From: Corallococcus coralloides DSM 2259
GTDB lineage: Bacteria > Myxococcota > Myxococcia > Myxococcales > Myxococcaceae
Assembly (NCBI RefSeq): GCF_000255295.1
Contig: NC_017030.1
Location: 6,230,328-6,294,327 of the forward strand
Length of the DNA: 64,000 bases
Direction: 5' to 3'
Shown in pieces: positions 19,732-38,365 of this stretch. The notes beneath the pieces are model-generated. The model had not been told where the DNA came from, made no database searches, and saw only the letters and a list, made by a program, of their open reading frames with translations. How positions within the stretch are numbered: the stretch's first letter is position 1; every line of letters starts with the position of its first letter. Position numbers and translations under genes: made by a program.

Positions 19732-20415
19732 CTAACGGGTGGTGAGCGTGAACTCCTCGGTCGCGTCCTGCACGTCCGCAGCCGTCTTCTGGAAGCGGAT
19801 GAGGGGCGTGTCAATCATCACGTTGCCGCCGCCCTCGTTCCCCTCACCGATGATCACCTTGAAGACGTTCCCGGGCGACGTGCTGCGGCGGCTGCCCGTG
19901 TTCTGCTTGCGGGCAATCAGCGTCACCGCGTTCGCGCCGGGACGCAACTGGCTGGTGATGTCCACCACCACCTGGTCCTCGTTGTTGCGCAAACGGCGCA
20001 GCCAGCGCGAGTTCACGTACACGTCGATGTCGAAGTCCGTCATGCCCGGCGTCGTCTGCTCCGTCACCAGCCAGTAGCGCTGGGTGATGCGTCCCGGCGC
20101 GGCCGGGGAAGCCGCGGGAGCGGCCGGCGCGGGCGCCTGCGCGACGACCCCCGCGTCCACCGGGGCGGCGGCCGGAGGCGTGGCGGTGGAAGGCGTCGCG
20201 GGCGTGGGCGTCACGTTCGTCACGCGGGCGGCGTACCCCGGCGCGTCGATGTGGACGTTCCCTTCCGCGTCGATGCGGACGGTGGCCTTCTCGAAGCGCG
20301 TGTTCGTCACGCCGTCGATCTTCACGCCGTTCAGGAAGACCGAGCCGGCCAGGGCCAGCATGGGGACGAGCGAGGCCGCGACGGTGATGGCAATGCGGGC
20401 GGACGGACGGGGCAT
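19732..20415 (-). CDS. Secreted hypothetical protein with a Pro/Ala/Thr-rich linker.
   Basis: 227 aa with signal peptide MPRPSARIAITVAASLVPMLALAGS. The GAGGAGG RBS sits inside a small hairpin just upstream. Confidence 0.55.
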   Translation of the reverse strand: MPRPSARIAITVAASLVPMLALAGSVFLNGVKIDGVTNTRFEKATVRIDAEGNVHIDAPGYAARVTNVTPTPATPSTATPPAAAPVDAGVVAQAPAPAAPAASPAAPGRITQRYWLVTEQTTPGMTDFDIDVYVNSRWLRRLRNNEDQVVVDITSQLRPGANAVTLIARKQNTGSRRSTSPGNVFKVIIGEGNEGGGNVMIDTPLIRFQKTAADVQDATEEFTLTTR

Positions 20416-20576
20416 GGGGGCATTCCTCCTCAGGAATCCTCAACAGTCCCGGGAGCTTGCGAACGACTTAGCGCACCCGGGGGAGCGGGACAAGGCGGGG
20501 ACGGCCCTCCTTGGAGCGCTCCGCCGCCCCGAACATTCACCCGGGGGCCCGTCTTCCAGTCCGGCCGCGAAGGCCC

Positions 20577-21338
20577 TCAGGGCGTCGCGGTCGGCGTCTC
20601 GTCGGGTGCCGGTGGCGGCAGCTCGCGCTGCGCGAGCGCCCAGTCCCCGCCCAGCCCATGGCCCTCGCGGAAGCGGCGGAAGTCGCGCCGCACGGCCCGG
20701 GGGTAGCGGCGGAACTTCTCCAGCTCCCCGGCCTTCATGGCGTCCCGGATGCGCGTGGGGCCCGCGTTGTAGGCCATCAGCGCCAGGTCCAGGTCGCCGC
20801 CGAAGCGGCCCTGCAGGTTGCGCAGGTAGCGGATGCCCAGGCGCACGCAGACGGCGGGATCCGCCACCACCTCCTCGCGCGACAGCTTCAGGCCTTCCTT
20901 CTCCGCCAGGAAGTGCAGCGTGCTGGGCTTGATCTGCATCAGGCCCCGGGCGCCCTTCTCGGAGACGGACTCCTCCTCGAAGTCGGACTCCACGTCGATG
21001 AGGGCCAGCACCAGCAGCGGGTCATACCCCGTGCGGCGCGACTCCTCGTCGATGGCCTGCCCCAGCCGCCGGCGCAGCGTGAGCCCCAGGTCCGGGGCGC
21101 GCTTGGCCAGCACGGCGTCGATGAGGGCCGCCTCCTCGGAGACGACCTCCTGCGCCACCATCTCGGGGACCACGGACTGGGGGGCGGACTCCTCCAGGAG
21201 GGGCACCACCCGAGCGGACACCACGAGCGCCACACCCGCGAGCAGCGGGAGCCGGGAGCACCCGCTGCTCAGGGCATGCAGCCCCGCGAAGAACCGCGTT
21301 CCCAACGACCTGCCGCCCGAGGCGGCGGGTCCACTCAC
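20577..21338 (-). CDS. Lytic transglycosylase (SLT domain).
   Basis: 253 aa with the ESDFEEESVSEKGARGLMQI and AYNAGP motifs. Its start overlaps the stop of the upstream phasin gene (ATGA). Confidence 0.8.
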   Translation of the reverse strand: MSGPAASGGRSLGTRFFAGLHALSSGCSRLPLLAGVALVVSARVVPLLEESAPQSVVPEMVAQEVVSEEAALIDAVLAKRAPDLGLTLRRRLGQAIDEESRRTGYDPLLVLALIDVESDFEEESVSEKGARGLMQIKPSTLHFLAEKEGLKLSREEVVADPAVCVRLGIRYLRNLQGRFGGDLDLALMAYNAGPTRIRDAMKAGELEKFRRYPRAVRRDFRRFREGHGLGGDWALAQRELPPPAPDETPTATP

Positions 21339-21685
21339 TTCCGGTGCTCCAGGGCCTGGATGCGTTCGTTCAGACGCTCCAGGCGGGCACCGAATGCCTG
21401 CAGCTCCTCGCGGCGCGGCAGCTTCAGGAGGCTCAGGGCCGTGCGGACCCGCTCCTCCACGTTGTGCTCCAGGTCCTTGCGGTGCCCCGTCAGCCGCTCC
21501 GCGAACTCACGGGCCTGGCGCTTCACCTCGTCCTGGCTCCAGCCCGCGACGGACGCCACGCGCTGCACGGCGCGGGAAGCCTCCTCCTCCGCCGTGTTCA
21601 CCGCCAGGAGCGCCTGGCTCCAGATCCGCTCGAATGCCTCCGCCACGGAGGTCTTCTCTCGGGGGGCCTCGGTGTTGTTGTCCAT
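21335..21685 (-). CDS. Phasin-like (PHA granule-associated) protein.
   Basis: Start at MDNNTEAPRE (GGAG RBS 10 nt upstream). The C-terminal LLKLPRREELQAFGARLERLNERIQALE matches the phasin / PHA-granule-associated family pattern. Confidence 0.6.
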   Translation of the reverse strand: MDNNTEAPREKTSVAEAFERIWSQALLAVNTAEEEASRAVQRVASVAGWSQDEVKRQAREFAERLTGHRKDLEHNVEERVRTALSLLKLPRREELQAFGARLERLNERIQALEHRK

Positions 21686-21789
21686 GAAGTCGCTCCGGGA
21701 GTTACCCCGGGCCCTTCCCGTGGAAGGAACCCTGGGCATTCAAAGGGGTTTGCGACCTAAGCACACCCCATGGGTGATGAAAACGCTGC

Positions 21790-22251
21790 TCAGGCCCGCG
21801 GAGAAGACGCCGCGCCGCCCGAATTCTTGGTCGACGGGTGGGCCCGGCGGGTGGGCTTCAGGAGCACATCCAGCTTCTTCGAAAGGCGGCTCAGCTCCCG
21901 GGTGATCTGCTCCACCTGGGACTGGCTGGCAACTCCCACCGCCTCCACGACCTTCGTCTGGAGCCCATCCAGCCGCTTGCGCAGCTCCACGCCTGCGGCG
22001 TCCACCTTCTTGCTCAGCTCCTGTACGCGAGGGTCGGCGCGCAGCTCACCGGCCTGCACCTTCGTCCACAGCTCCTGGACCTCCTTCGCCGCCACCTGGC
22101 CCCGCGTCTCCAGCGCACGGAAGGCCTTGTTCGCCTCCCCTTCCAGGCCCTGGAACCGCTTCTGCGCCTCGGAGAACCGCCCCTTCAAGTAGGCCTCCAC
22201 GTTCTGCGTCACGCCCGTCTTCGCGTCAGCCTTCTCAGTCGTCGTCGCCAT
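21790..22251 (-). CDS. Phasin-like (PHA granule-associated) protein, second copy.
   Basis: Start at MATTTEKAD with a GGGGGAG RBS 7 nt upstream. Coiled-coil protein with VEQITRELSRLSKKLDVLLK. Confidence 0.6.
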   Translation of the reverse strand: MATTTEKADAKTGVTQNVEAYLKGRFSEAQKRFQGLEGEANKAFRALETRGQVAAKEVQELWTKVQAGELRADPRVQELSKKVDAAGVELRKRLDGLQTKVVEAVGVASQSQVEQITRELSRLSKKLDVLLKPTRRAHPSTKNSGGAASSPRA

Positions 22252-22428
22252 GTCGCGCTCCCCCCCGGTGTTCCGGGTCTCACAACGTGATGCGTCAAAA
22301 TAACGCACCGCGACATACTGTCAAGCGAACAGGCAACGGAGTGTGCAAAACGAGAAAGCCGCCGCCCCGGCATGACACCAGGACGACGGCTGACTCAAGA
22401 AGCGTCAGGGACGCTTCTTACGCAAGCA

Positions 22429-26640
<4,212 letters not shown>

Positions 26641-26772
26641 GTTGCCTCCGAAAACTTATGAGCGCTCAGGGCGCCAAACGTTTCGGGCCCCCGCCCTGCG
26701 CCCGGCCAGCCGCTCCCTCCACGAGGAAGCAGCCAGCCGGTCAGGCGGGCGCACCGGCTTCTTTGAAAAGGC

Positions 26773-30998
<4,226 letters not shown>

Positions 30999-31134
30999 TT
31001 CGGTCTCCGGGGACGGCTGCTCGGGCGGGGCAAACTTCAGTAACGCGCGGCGGCGCCGGGAAATTTGGCAAATGTCAAATGGGCAAAGCCGGCGCCCCAG
31101 CAAAGGGAGCGCCGGCCTGCTCATCCGATCAGGC

Positions 31135-31169
31135 GGCTACCCGGGATTTCCCGGAAGAACAGGGTAGCC
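31135..31169 (-). terminator. rplL-rpoB intergenic hairpin (attenuator-like).
   Basis: Inverted repeat GGCTACCC...GGGTAGCC with an inner palindrome CCGGGATTTCCCGG, located between the rplL stop and the rpoB start. Confidence 0.4.
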
Positions 31170-31180
31170 CCTGTACAGAA

Positions 31181-31552
31181 CTACTTGATCTCGACGGTGG
31201 CGCCAGCCGCGGTGAGCTGGTCCTTGATCTTCTTGGCGTCGTCCTTGTTGACGCCTTCCTTGACCGTCTTGGGCGCGCCCTCGACCAGGTCCTTGGCCTC
31301 CTTCAGGCCCAGGCCGGTGATCGCGCGGATCTCCTTGATGACGTTGATCTTGTTGGCGCCGGCGTTCGCCAGCACCACGTTGAACTCCGTCTTCTCCTCA
31401 ACAGGAGCGGCGGCGGCGGCGGGGCCCGCAGAGGCAACGGCCACGGCGGCGGCGGAAACGCCCCACTTGTTCTCCAGCAGCTTCACGAGCTCGCCCGCCT
31501 CGAGGACGGTGAGCTTCGAGAGTTCTTCAGCAATCGCGTTCAAATCGGCCAT
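31181..31552 (-). CDS. rplL: Ribosomal protein L7/L12.
   Basis: 123 aa; [27 protein letters not shown]... Confidence 0.97.
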   Translation of the reverse strand: MADLNAIAEELSKLTVLEAGELVKLLENKWGVSAAAVAVASAGPAAAAAPVEEKTEFNVVLANAGANKINVIKEIRAITGLGLKEAKDLVEGAPKTVKEGVNKDDAKKIKDQLTAAGATVEIK

Positions 31553-31641
31553 GGAACTGTTCCTTCTGGTTGACTAACGGCCGGCGACCCATTTGGGCGG
31601 CTCGGCCGAAGAGGTTGCGGTAGAAAAACTTCTCGGGACGA

Positions 31642-32163
31642 TTACTGCCCCTGCGCCTTGTCCGCGTGCGCCTGGATGACGCGCGCGAGCTGCGACCCGG
31701 GGGCCGCGATGGTCCGGACCAGCTTGCCTGCAGGCTGGTTGAGCATGCCGAGCAACATCCCGCGCAGCTCATTGAGGCCCGGCAGCTTCGCCAGTGCCTT
31801 CACGCCGTTGGCGTCGACCTTGTTACCGGCGACGACGGCGCTACGGACCTTGATGGTCTCCATGTCCTTGATGAAATCCATCAGGATCTTCGCAGGAGCC
31901 ACCTCGTCGTCGTAGCTGATGCACAGCGCCACGGGACCGGTGAAGTCATCCGAGATCGCGGAGACGGTCGTACCCTGAGCGGCACGGCGCGCCAGCGTGT
32001 TCTTGATGACCTTGTACTCGACCTTGCCCTCGCGGAACTTGCGACGCAGCTTGGTGACGGTCTCGACGTTCACCTTGGAGGACTCCACGAGCACCGCGGT
32101 CTTGGTCCGCGCAAACTTCTCGTGAAGCTCCTTGATCATCTCTTCCTTCTCGCTCTTCAGCAC
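31642..32163 (-). CDS. rplJ: Ribosomal protein L10.
   Basis: 173 aa; conserved L10. Confidence 0.95.
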   Translation of the reverse strand: MLKSEKEEMIKELHEKFARTKTAVLVESSKVNVETVTKLRRKFREGKVEYKVIKNTLARRAAQGTTVSAISDDFTGPVALCISYDDEVAPAKILMDFIKDMETIKVRSAVVAGNKVDANGVKALAKLPGLNELRGMLLGMLNQPAGKLVRTIAAPGSQLARVIQAHADKAQGQ

Positions 32164-32421
32164 CTTGACTCACCTCCTTCATGGCCCGACTTGACGGTCG
32201 GGCGTGATGCCTGGGCCAAAGTGGCAGAGCGAGAGAGGAGCCTCCGAGAGGCACCACACCGCACCTCCAGTCTCGGCAGGGCTGACCTTGCGGTCGTTTG
32301 AACCAGGAGCGGATGGACGGCCCGACCGGTTGCCCGGTTCCCAACGGACGCGTCTTCTCCCATCCAGGTCCCTGCTGTCATGAACCAGGTCGGAACGCCG
32401 CGTCTCTCGACATGGCGCCCC
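32164..32421 (-). promoter_or_regulatory. rplJ (L10) leader region.
   Basis: About 260 nt of untranslated leader upstream of rplJ and downstream of the rplA terminator. This is the position of the L10/L12 autoregulatory leader in other bacteria. Assigned by position only. Confidence 0.4.
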
Positions 32422-32453
32422 AATTGCAAAAGCCGGGGGCCTATACCCCCGGC
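32422..32453 (-). terminator. Intrinsic terminator downstream of rplA.
   Basis: On the minus strand, an 8-bp GC stem GCCGGGGG/CCCCCGGC with a 6-nt loop is followed by TTTTGCAATT. Confidence 0.5.
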
Positions 32454-32559
32454 TTTCGCAAAGATCCAGCACTTTCTAACGAACCGACGTTCGCGGGCGA
32501 CGGGACTGACGCTCCCCGTCAGGGAGCGCACCCTTCCCTGCCCGTCCTGGCAGCCGCGA

Positions 32560-33273
32560 TTAGCGGTGACGCGCCAGGATTTCCGTGGTGTCGAGCTTGA
32601 TGCCCGGCCCCATGGTCGTCGAGATGGCGATGCCCTTCAGGTACACGCCCTTGGCGGTGGCCGGCTTGAGCTTCATCACCAGGTCCACCAGCGCGTTGAA
32701 GTTCGCCTCGAGCTTGTCCGCGGCGAAGGAGGCCTTGCCCATCTTGGCGTGGACGATGCCCGCCTTCTCAGCGCGGAAGTCGACCTTACCGCCCTTGGAG
32801 TCGCGGATGGCCTTGGCAACGTCCATGGTCACCGTGCCGACCTTCGGGTTCGGCATGAGGCCACGGGGACCGAGCACCTTACCGAGGCGGCCGACGATAC
32901 CCATCATGTCCGGCGTCGCGATGACGGTGTCGAAGTCGAGGAAGCCCTCCTCGATGCGCTTCTGGAGGTCCTCGGCGCCGACGATGTCCGCGCCGGCGTT
33001 GGTGGCCTCGGTGGCGCGCTCGCCCTTGGCGAACACGGCCACGCGCACGGTGGCGCCGGTGCCGTGCGGGAGCACCACGGCGCCACGGACCATCTGGTCC
33101 GCGTGCTTCGGGTCCACGCCCAGGTTGATGGCGACGTCGACCGTCTGGTCGTACTTCGTCGCGCGGGCATCCACCGTCTTCTTCAGCAGCGCGAAGCCCT
33201 CGGCGACGGCGTAGCGCTTGTTGCGGTCCACCAGCTCGTTGGACGCGCGGAACTTCTTTCCATTGGTAGCCAT
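32560..33273 (-). CDS. rplA: Ribosomal protein L1.
   Basis: Start at [13 protein letters not shown] (ATG at 33273) rather than the longer track ORF. 237 aa. Confidence 0.95.
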   Translation of the reverse strand: MATNGKKFRASNELVDRNKRYAVAEGFALLKKTVDARATKYDQTVDVAINLGVDPKHADQMVRGAVVLPHGTGATVRVAVFAKGERATEATNAGADIVGAEDLQKRIEEGFLDFDTVIATPDMMGIVGRLGKVLGPRGLMPNPKVGTVTMDVAKAIRDSKGGKVDFRAEKAGIVHAKMGKASFAADKLEANFNALVDLVMKLKPATAKGVYLKGIAISTTMGPGIKLDTTEILARHR

Positions 33274-33301
33274 GGCAGGAATCCTTGAGAGGTAGGGCGG
33301 G

Positions 33302-33748
33302 CTAGCCGACGACGTCGATGCCCATGGAGCGCGCGGTGCCGGCAATGGTGTTCATGCAGGCTTCGATGGACGCGGCGGTGGTGTCCTGGATCTTCTTCTT
33401 GGCGATCTCTTCCACCTGCTGGCGGGTGATCTGCCCCACCTTCTCCTTGCCCGGCTTCTTCGCGCCCGAACCCTTCTTCTTCTCCGTGTGGAGACCCGCG
33501 GCCTTCTTGATGAGGATCGCGGCGGGAGGGGTCTTCAGGATGAAGGTGAAGGAGCGGTCCTGATACACGGTGATGATCACCGGGATGATCAGACCCTCCT
33601 TGGCCTCCGCCTGCGTCTTGGCGTTGAACTGCTTGCAGAACTCCATGATGTTCACGCCCTGCTGACCGAGCGCGGGACCAATCGGCGGGGCGGGGTTCGC
33701 CTTGCCGGCGGGGATCTGCAACTTGACCTGACCTGTGACCTTCTTCAT
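33302..33748 (-). CDS. rplK: Ribosomal protein L11.
   Basis: 148 aa; [29 protein letters not shown]... Confidence 0.97.
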   Translation of the reverse strand: MKKVTGQVKLQIPAGKANPAPPIGPALGQQGVNIMEFCKQFNAKTQAEAKEGLIIPVIITVYQDRSFTFILKTPPAAILIKKAAGLHTEKKKGSGAKKPGKEKVGQITRQQVEEIAKKKIQDTTAASIEACMNTIAGTARSMGIDVVG

Positions 33749-33782
33749 CGGCGGACTGCTGCCTTTCGAGAGGGTGGTTCCG

Positions 33783-33804
33783 ACGGGCCGCCAGACGGGG
33801 CGGC
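33783..33804 (-). terminator. nusG-rplK intergenic hairpin (L11 leader attenuator-like).
   Basis: Inverted repeat GGGCCGCC-agac-GGGGCGGCCC between nusG and rplK. Confidence 0.35.
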
Positions 33805-33856
33805 CCTCCCACCCGTTGATCCGCGCCCGTCACCCGGGCACGGAAGACTTGTGAAA

Positions 33857-34405
33857 CTAGCCGGTGGTCTTCTCCACCTGCATGAAGTCGAGCTCCACGG
33901 GGGTCGCACGACCGAAGATGCTGACGAGCACGCGCACGCGGCCCTTCTCCGGGTTGACCTCTTCCACGGTGCCATTGAAGTTGGCGAACGGGCCGTCGAT
34001 GACGCGCACCGTGTCGCTGGTCTCGAACTGGACCTTGGGCTTGGCCTTGTGGGCGCCCTCGGTGACCTGCGCGGTGAGGCGCTCGACCTCGCGGTCCGAC
34101 ATGGGCCGGGGCTGCTCGTTCTGGCCGACGCCCGGGAACCCCGTCACCTTGGAGGTGTTCTTCACCAGGTGGACGGTGGTGTCGCTGAGCTCCATCTGGA
34201 CGAAGATGTAGCCCGGAAACAGCTTGCGGCGGGTGGTCTTCTTCTCGCCGTTCACCATCTCCACGACCTGCTCCATGGGGATGAGGATCTCACCAATCAG
34301 ATCCTGGTCCTGCAGGCCCTTGAGGCGCACCTGCTCTTCCAGGTTCTTCTTCGCCTGGTTCTCGTAGTTCGAGTAGGTCTGGACCGTGAACCATTTCTTC
34401 GCCAT
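33857..34405 (-). CDS. nusG: Transcription antiterminator NusG.
   Basis: Start at MAKKWFTVQTYSNYENQ; KOW motif near the C-terminus. Overlaps the secE stop by 1 nt (TAATG). Confidence 0.95.
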   Translation of the reverse strand: MAKKWFTVQTYSNYENQAKKNLEEQVRLKGLQDQDLIGEILIPMEQVVEMVNGEKKTTRRKLFPGYIFVQMELSDTTVHLVKNTSKVTGFPGVGQNEQPRPMSDREVERLTAQVTEGAHKAKPKVQFETSDTVRVIDGPFANFNGTVEEVNPEKGRVRVLVSIFGRATPVELDFMQVEKTTG

Positions 34406-34848
34406 TACAGCTTCCCCCACAGGGCAGGCAGCCACTCCACCATCAAGTTGTAGGCGACGGTGTCGATGCAGAAGAGCAGAACGGCCGCCACCAGCGAGGC
34501 GACGACCACGGCCATGGTCGATGCGCGGGTCTCCGACCAGGTAGGCCAGGTGACCTTCATCAATTCGGCCGCCACGTCGATGGAGAGGGCGTGCGTGCGA
34601 GGGTGGAAGTAGGCCGTCAGCACCAGGGCCAGGGCGACCCCGTAGCCCGCGAGCGTCGACACGCGCCAGCCGAGGCCTTCGAAGAGCTCCACGTCGCTCC
34701 AGCCGAACCGGCTCCAGAGCAACCCGAAGACGTGCTCCAGGAAGAGGGCCAGGACGATGCCGGAGACGAGATAGAAGATGACCACGAGCCGCTTGGGGTC
34801 GATGCCCGAGCGGTTAGCCTGCTGGCTGGCCTCAGATGCCGTCGCCAT
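34405..34848 (-). CDS. secE: Preprotein translocase subunit SecE (long 3-TM form).
   Basis: 147 aa membrane protein in the canonical position upstream of nusG. Confidence 0.85.
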   Translation of the reverse strand: MATASEASQQANRSGIDPKRLVVIFYLVSGIVLALFLEHVFGLLWSRFGWSDVELFEGLGWRVSTLAGYGVALALVLTAYFHPRTHALSIDVAAELMKVTWPTWSETRASTMAVVVASLVAAVLLFCIDTVAYNLMVEWLPALWGKL

Positions 34849-34936
34849 GGTGCCTCACGAGGGACTGCGGAAGCGGGACTGCGAAAAGGCAGGGACCCCC
34901 GGCACCGCTCGGTACCGGGGGTCCCTGTACTGAAGC

Positions 34937-35012
34937 TGGCAGGCCAGGAGGGATTCGAACCCCCAACACGCGGATTTGGAGACCGCTGCTCTACCGTTGG
35001 AGCTACTGGCCT
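34937..35012 (-). tRNA. tRNA-Trp (CCA anticodon).
   Basis: The reverse complement folds as AGGCCAGTAGCTCCAACGGTAGAGCAGCGGTCTCCAAATCCGCGTGTTGGGGGTTCGAATCCCTCCTGGCCTGCCA, with a CTCCAAA anticodon loop and encoded 3' CCA. Confidence 0.9.
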
Positions 35013-35034
35013 AAACCTTCATGGAACCGACGAC

Positions 35035-35199
35035 CTAGACCTTGCCTTCCTTGTGGTCCGTGTGCTTGCGGCAGCGAGGGCAGAACTTGCTCAGCTCAAG
35101 CTTGTCCTGGCTCTTCCGCTTGTTCTTCGTGGTCGTGTAGTTCCGCTCTTTGCACGTGGTGCACTCGAGCGAGATGATGGAACGGTTACCCTTAGGCAT
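35035..35199 (-). CDS. rpmG: Ribosomal protein L33.
   Basis: 54 aa, [54 protein letters not shown]. Below the ORF-track length cutoff. Confidence 0.9.
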   Translation of the reverse strand: MPKGNRSIISLECTTCKERNYTTTKNKRKSQDKLELSKFCPRCRKHTDHKEGKV

Positions 35200-35293
35200 G
35201 GTTCATTTCACCAGATGCGAGAAGGGAAGGCTACAAAAGCAGCCCTCCCCTCCGCAACTCAGTGCCCGTGAAAGCCGGTCGGCGGGAAGCCGA

Positions 35294-36484
<1,191 letters not shown>

Positions 36485-36500
36485 GACACTCCTCGAAAAA

Positions 36501-36576
36501 TGGAGCCCTGAACCAGGATTGAACTGGTGACCTCATCCTTACCAAGGATGCGCTCTGCCAACTGAGCTATCAGGGC
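36501..36576 (-). tRNA. tRNA-Thr (GGT anticodon).
   Basis: The reverse complement is GCCCTGATAGCTCAGTTGGCAGAGCGCATCCTTGGTAAGGATGAGGTCACCAGTTCAATCCTGGTTCAGGGCTCCA. Confidence 0.9.
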
Positions 36577-36597
36577 TTGGCGATTCACTACAACGGT

Positions 36598-36673
<76 letters not shown>

Positions 36674-36682
36674 ATTGCCGAG

Positions 36683-36766
36683 TGGAGAGAGGTGGATTCG
36701 AACCACCGTAGGCGTAGAGCCGGCAGATTTACAGTCTGCTCCCTTTGGCCGCTCGGGCATCTCTCC
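36683..36766 (-). tRNA. tRNA-Tyr (GTA anticodon), long variable arm.
   Basis: The reverse complement is GGAGAGATGCCCGAGCGGCCAAAGGGAGCAGACTGTAAATCTGCCGGCTCTACGCCTACGGTGGTTCGAATCCACCTCTCTCCA. CCA is not encoded. Confidence 0.9.
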
Positions 36767-36847
36767 AGATATTCGCTTGTGGTGCTGCGCGCTGCTCTCT
36801 ACACCATCCTGCTGCGTCCCGGGCCCTTATCCGCGGCCCGTCCTACC

Positions 36848-36921
36848 TGGCCGGCGGCGGGATTTGAACCCGCGACCTACTGATTACAAATCAGTTGCTC
36901 TACCGACTGAGCTACACCGGC
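36848..36921 (-). tRNA. tRNA-Thr (TGT anticodon).
   Basis: The reverse complement is GCCGGTGTAGCTCAGTCGGTAGAGCAACTGATTTGTAATCAGTAGGTCGCGGGTTCAAATCCCGCCGCCGGCCA. Confidence 0.88.
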
Positions 36922-36939
36922 ATCCATCCAGCAACTGCC

Positions 36940-37030
36940 CCGCCCTACCTCATCCCGAGCGGACCGTCAACCCCTCGGCAGCGGCTTGAGAGGCGCGACC
37001 TTTTAAAAGCCCCCACTCTCCAAGTCAAGG
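36940..37030 (-). promoter_or_regulatory. Putative tandem sigma70-type promoters for the tRNA-tuf operon.
   Basis: On the minus strand: TTGACT, 17 nt, TAAAAG; then TTGACG, 17 nt, TAGGGC, 25-60 nt upstream of the first tRNA. The -10 elements are weak (GC-rich genome). Confidence 0.3.
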
Positions 37031-37047
37031 AGATTGATCCGGAGTCG

Positions 37048-37848
37048 TCAGCGGGAAGGACGGCCCCGCTGGCGGGCGACCTCGTATAGCAGAATCGCGG
37101 CGGAAACCGACGCATTCAATGAACCGACCTGACCGCCCATGGGAATCCGGAGGCGGAAGTCGCAGTGCTTGAGGACGCCTTCCCTCACGCCCGCCCCCTC
37201 GGCCCCCACCACCAGCGCCAGGGGCCCGTCCAGACGGGCGCTCCACAGAGGCTCGGCGCCCTCCACGTCCGCGGCCGCGACCCAGAGGCCCGCTTCCTTC
37301 AGCTGCTCCAGGGCGCGGGAGATGTTGGTGACGCGCGCGATGGGGCAGTACTCGACGGCGCCCGCGGAGGCCTTGGCCACCGTGCCCGTCACCTGTACGG
37401 CGCGGTCCTTGGCCAGGACGACGCCGTGAGCCCCGAGTGCGTGGGCCGAGCGGATGATGGCGCCCAGGTTGTGCGGATCCTGGATGCCGTCGAGCACGAC
37501 GACGAGCGCGGGCTGCTTCTTGGCCTTCGCCGCGTCCAGCACGTCCTCCAGTTCGACGTACTGGAAGCCGCGCAGTTCGGCGACGACGCCCTGGTGCACG
37601 CCGCCCTCGGCCATGGAGGTCAGCCGCTCGCGGCCGACCTTCTCCACCCGGACGCCCGCGTCACGCGCGCGGCTGAGCAGTTCGCCCGCGGCCTTGGCGC
37701 CGACCTGCCCGTCGACGATGAAGAGGCGCTCCACCGCGTCGGGATGGGCCCGCAGGGCCTCCAGCACGGGGTTGACGCCATGGACGTAGCGCGGGGCTTC
37801 GTGGCCGCCGCGTTCACCACTGGAAGGCTTGGAGGAGCGCTCGCGCAT
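37048..37848 (-). CDS. rlmB: 23S rRNA (guanosine-2'-O-)-methyltransferase, SpoU/TrmH family (RlmB-like).
   Basis: 266 aa with SpoU motifs LVVVLDGIQDPHNLGAIIRSA and IPMGGQVGSLNASVSAAILLYE. Confidence 0.85.
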   Translation of the reverse strand: MRERSSKPSSGERGGHEAPRYVHGVNPVLEALRAHPDAVERLFIVDGQVGAKAAGELLSRARDAGVRVEKVGRERLTSMAEGGVHQGVVAELRGFQYVELEDVLDAAKAKKQPALVVVLDGIQDPHNLGAIIRSAHALGAHGVVLAKDRAVQVTGTVAKASAGAVEYCPIARVTNISRALEQLKEAGLWVAAADVEGAEPLWSARLDGPLALVVGAEGAGVREGVLKHCDFRLRIPMGGQVGSLNASVSAAILLYEVARQRGRPSR

Positions 37849-37853
37849 GGGGG

Positions 37854-38300
37854 CTACTGGACCTCCACGGGCAGCGAGAAGGTCTTCTTCTGACGGGCGC
37901 AGATCTTCTCCGTGCAGATGAAGAAGGTCAGCGTCGCGTCCAGCGTGCCCTTGCCGGCGGACACCGCGGTGAAGGGGACCTCGAAGCGCGGATCCACGAA
38001 CTGCTGGCCGTCCGCCTTCTTCGCCACCGACTGTTCACGGGTCAGCGTCTTCTGGGCGGGCGTCAGCTGCTTGCCCGTCAGCTCCAGCTTCAGCGGGGCC
38101 TCGTCGGAGACGTGGGCGCCGGGCTTCGACTTGATGGCGAGCACGAACGTGCCCTGCCCTCCGGCCTTCACCTGCGTCGACGTCCCCTCGGTGGTGACTT
38201 CGTAGAGGGTGGCGGGATCCACGTCCTGGGCCAGCACCGGCGCGCCGACGAGCGTCAGCAGCAGGGGGGCTAGGGTCGGGAGGCGGCGGGTGCTGGGCAT
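37854..38300 (-). CDS. Secreted hypothetical protein with a C-x4-C motif.
   Basis: 148 aa with signal peptide LAPLLLTLVGAPVLAQD. The C-terminus is FFICTEKICARQKKTFSLPV. Confidence 0.55.
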   Translation of the reverse strand: MPSTRRLPTLAPLLLTLVGAPVLAQDVDPATLYEVTTEGTSTQVKAGGQGTFVLAIKSKPGAHVSDEAPLKLELTGKQLTPAQKTLTREQSVAKKADGQQFVDPRFEVPFTAVSAGKGTLDATLTFFICTEKICARQKKTFSLPVEVQ

Positions 38301-38365
38301 GGGTGTCTCCAGGAAGGCGGCGTTCGTATACCGGGGCTTCGGACGCTCGGGGAGCGCTTTCTCTT

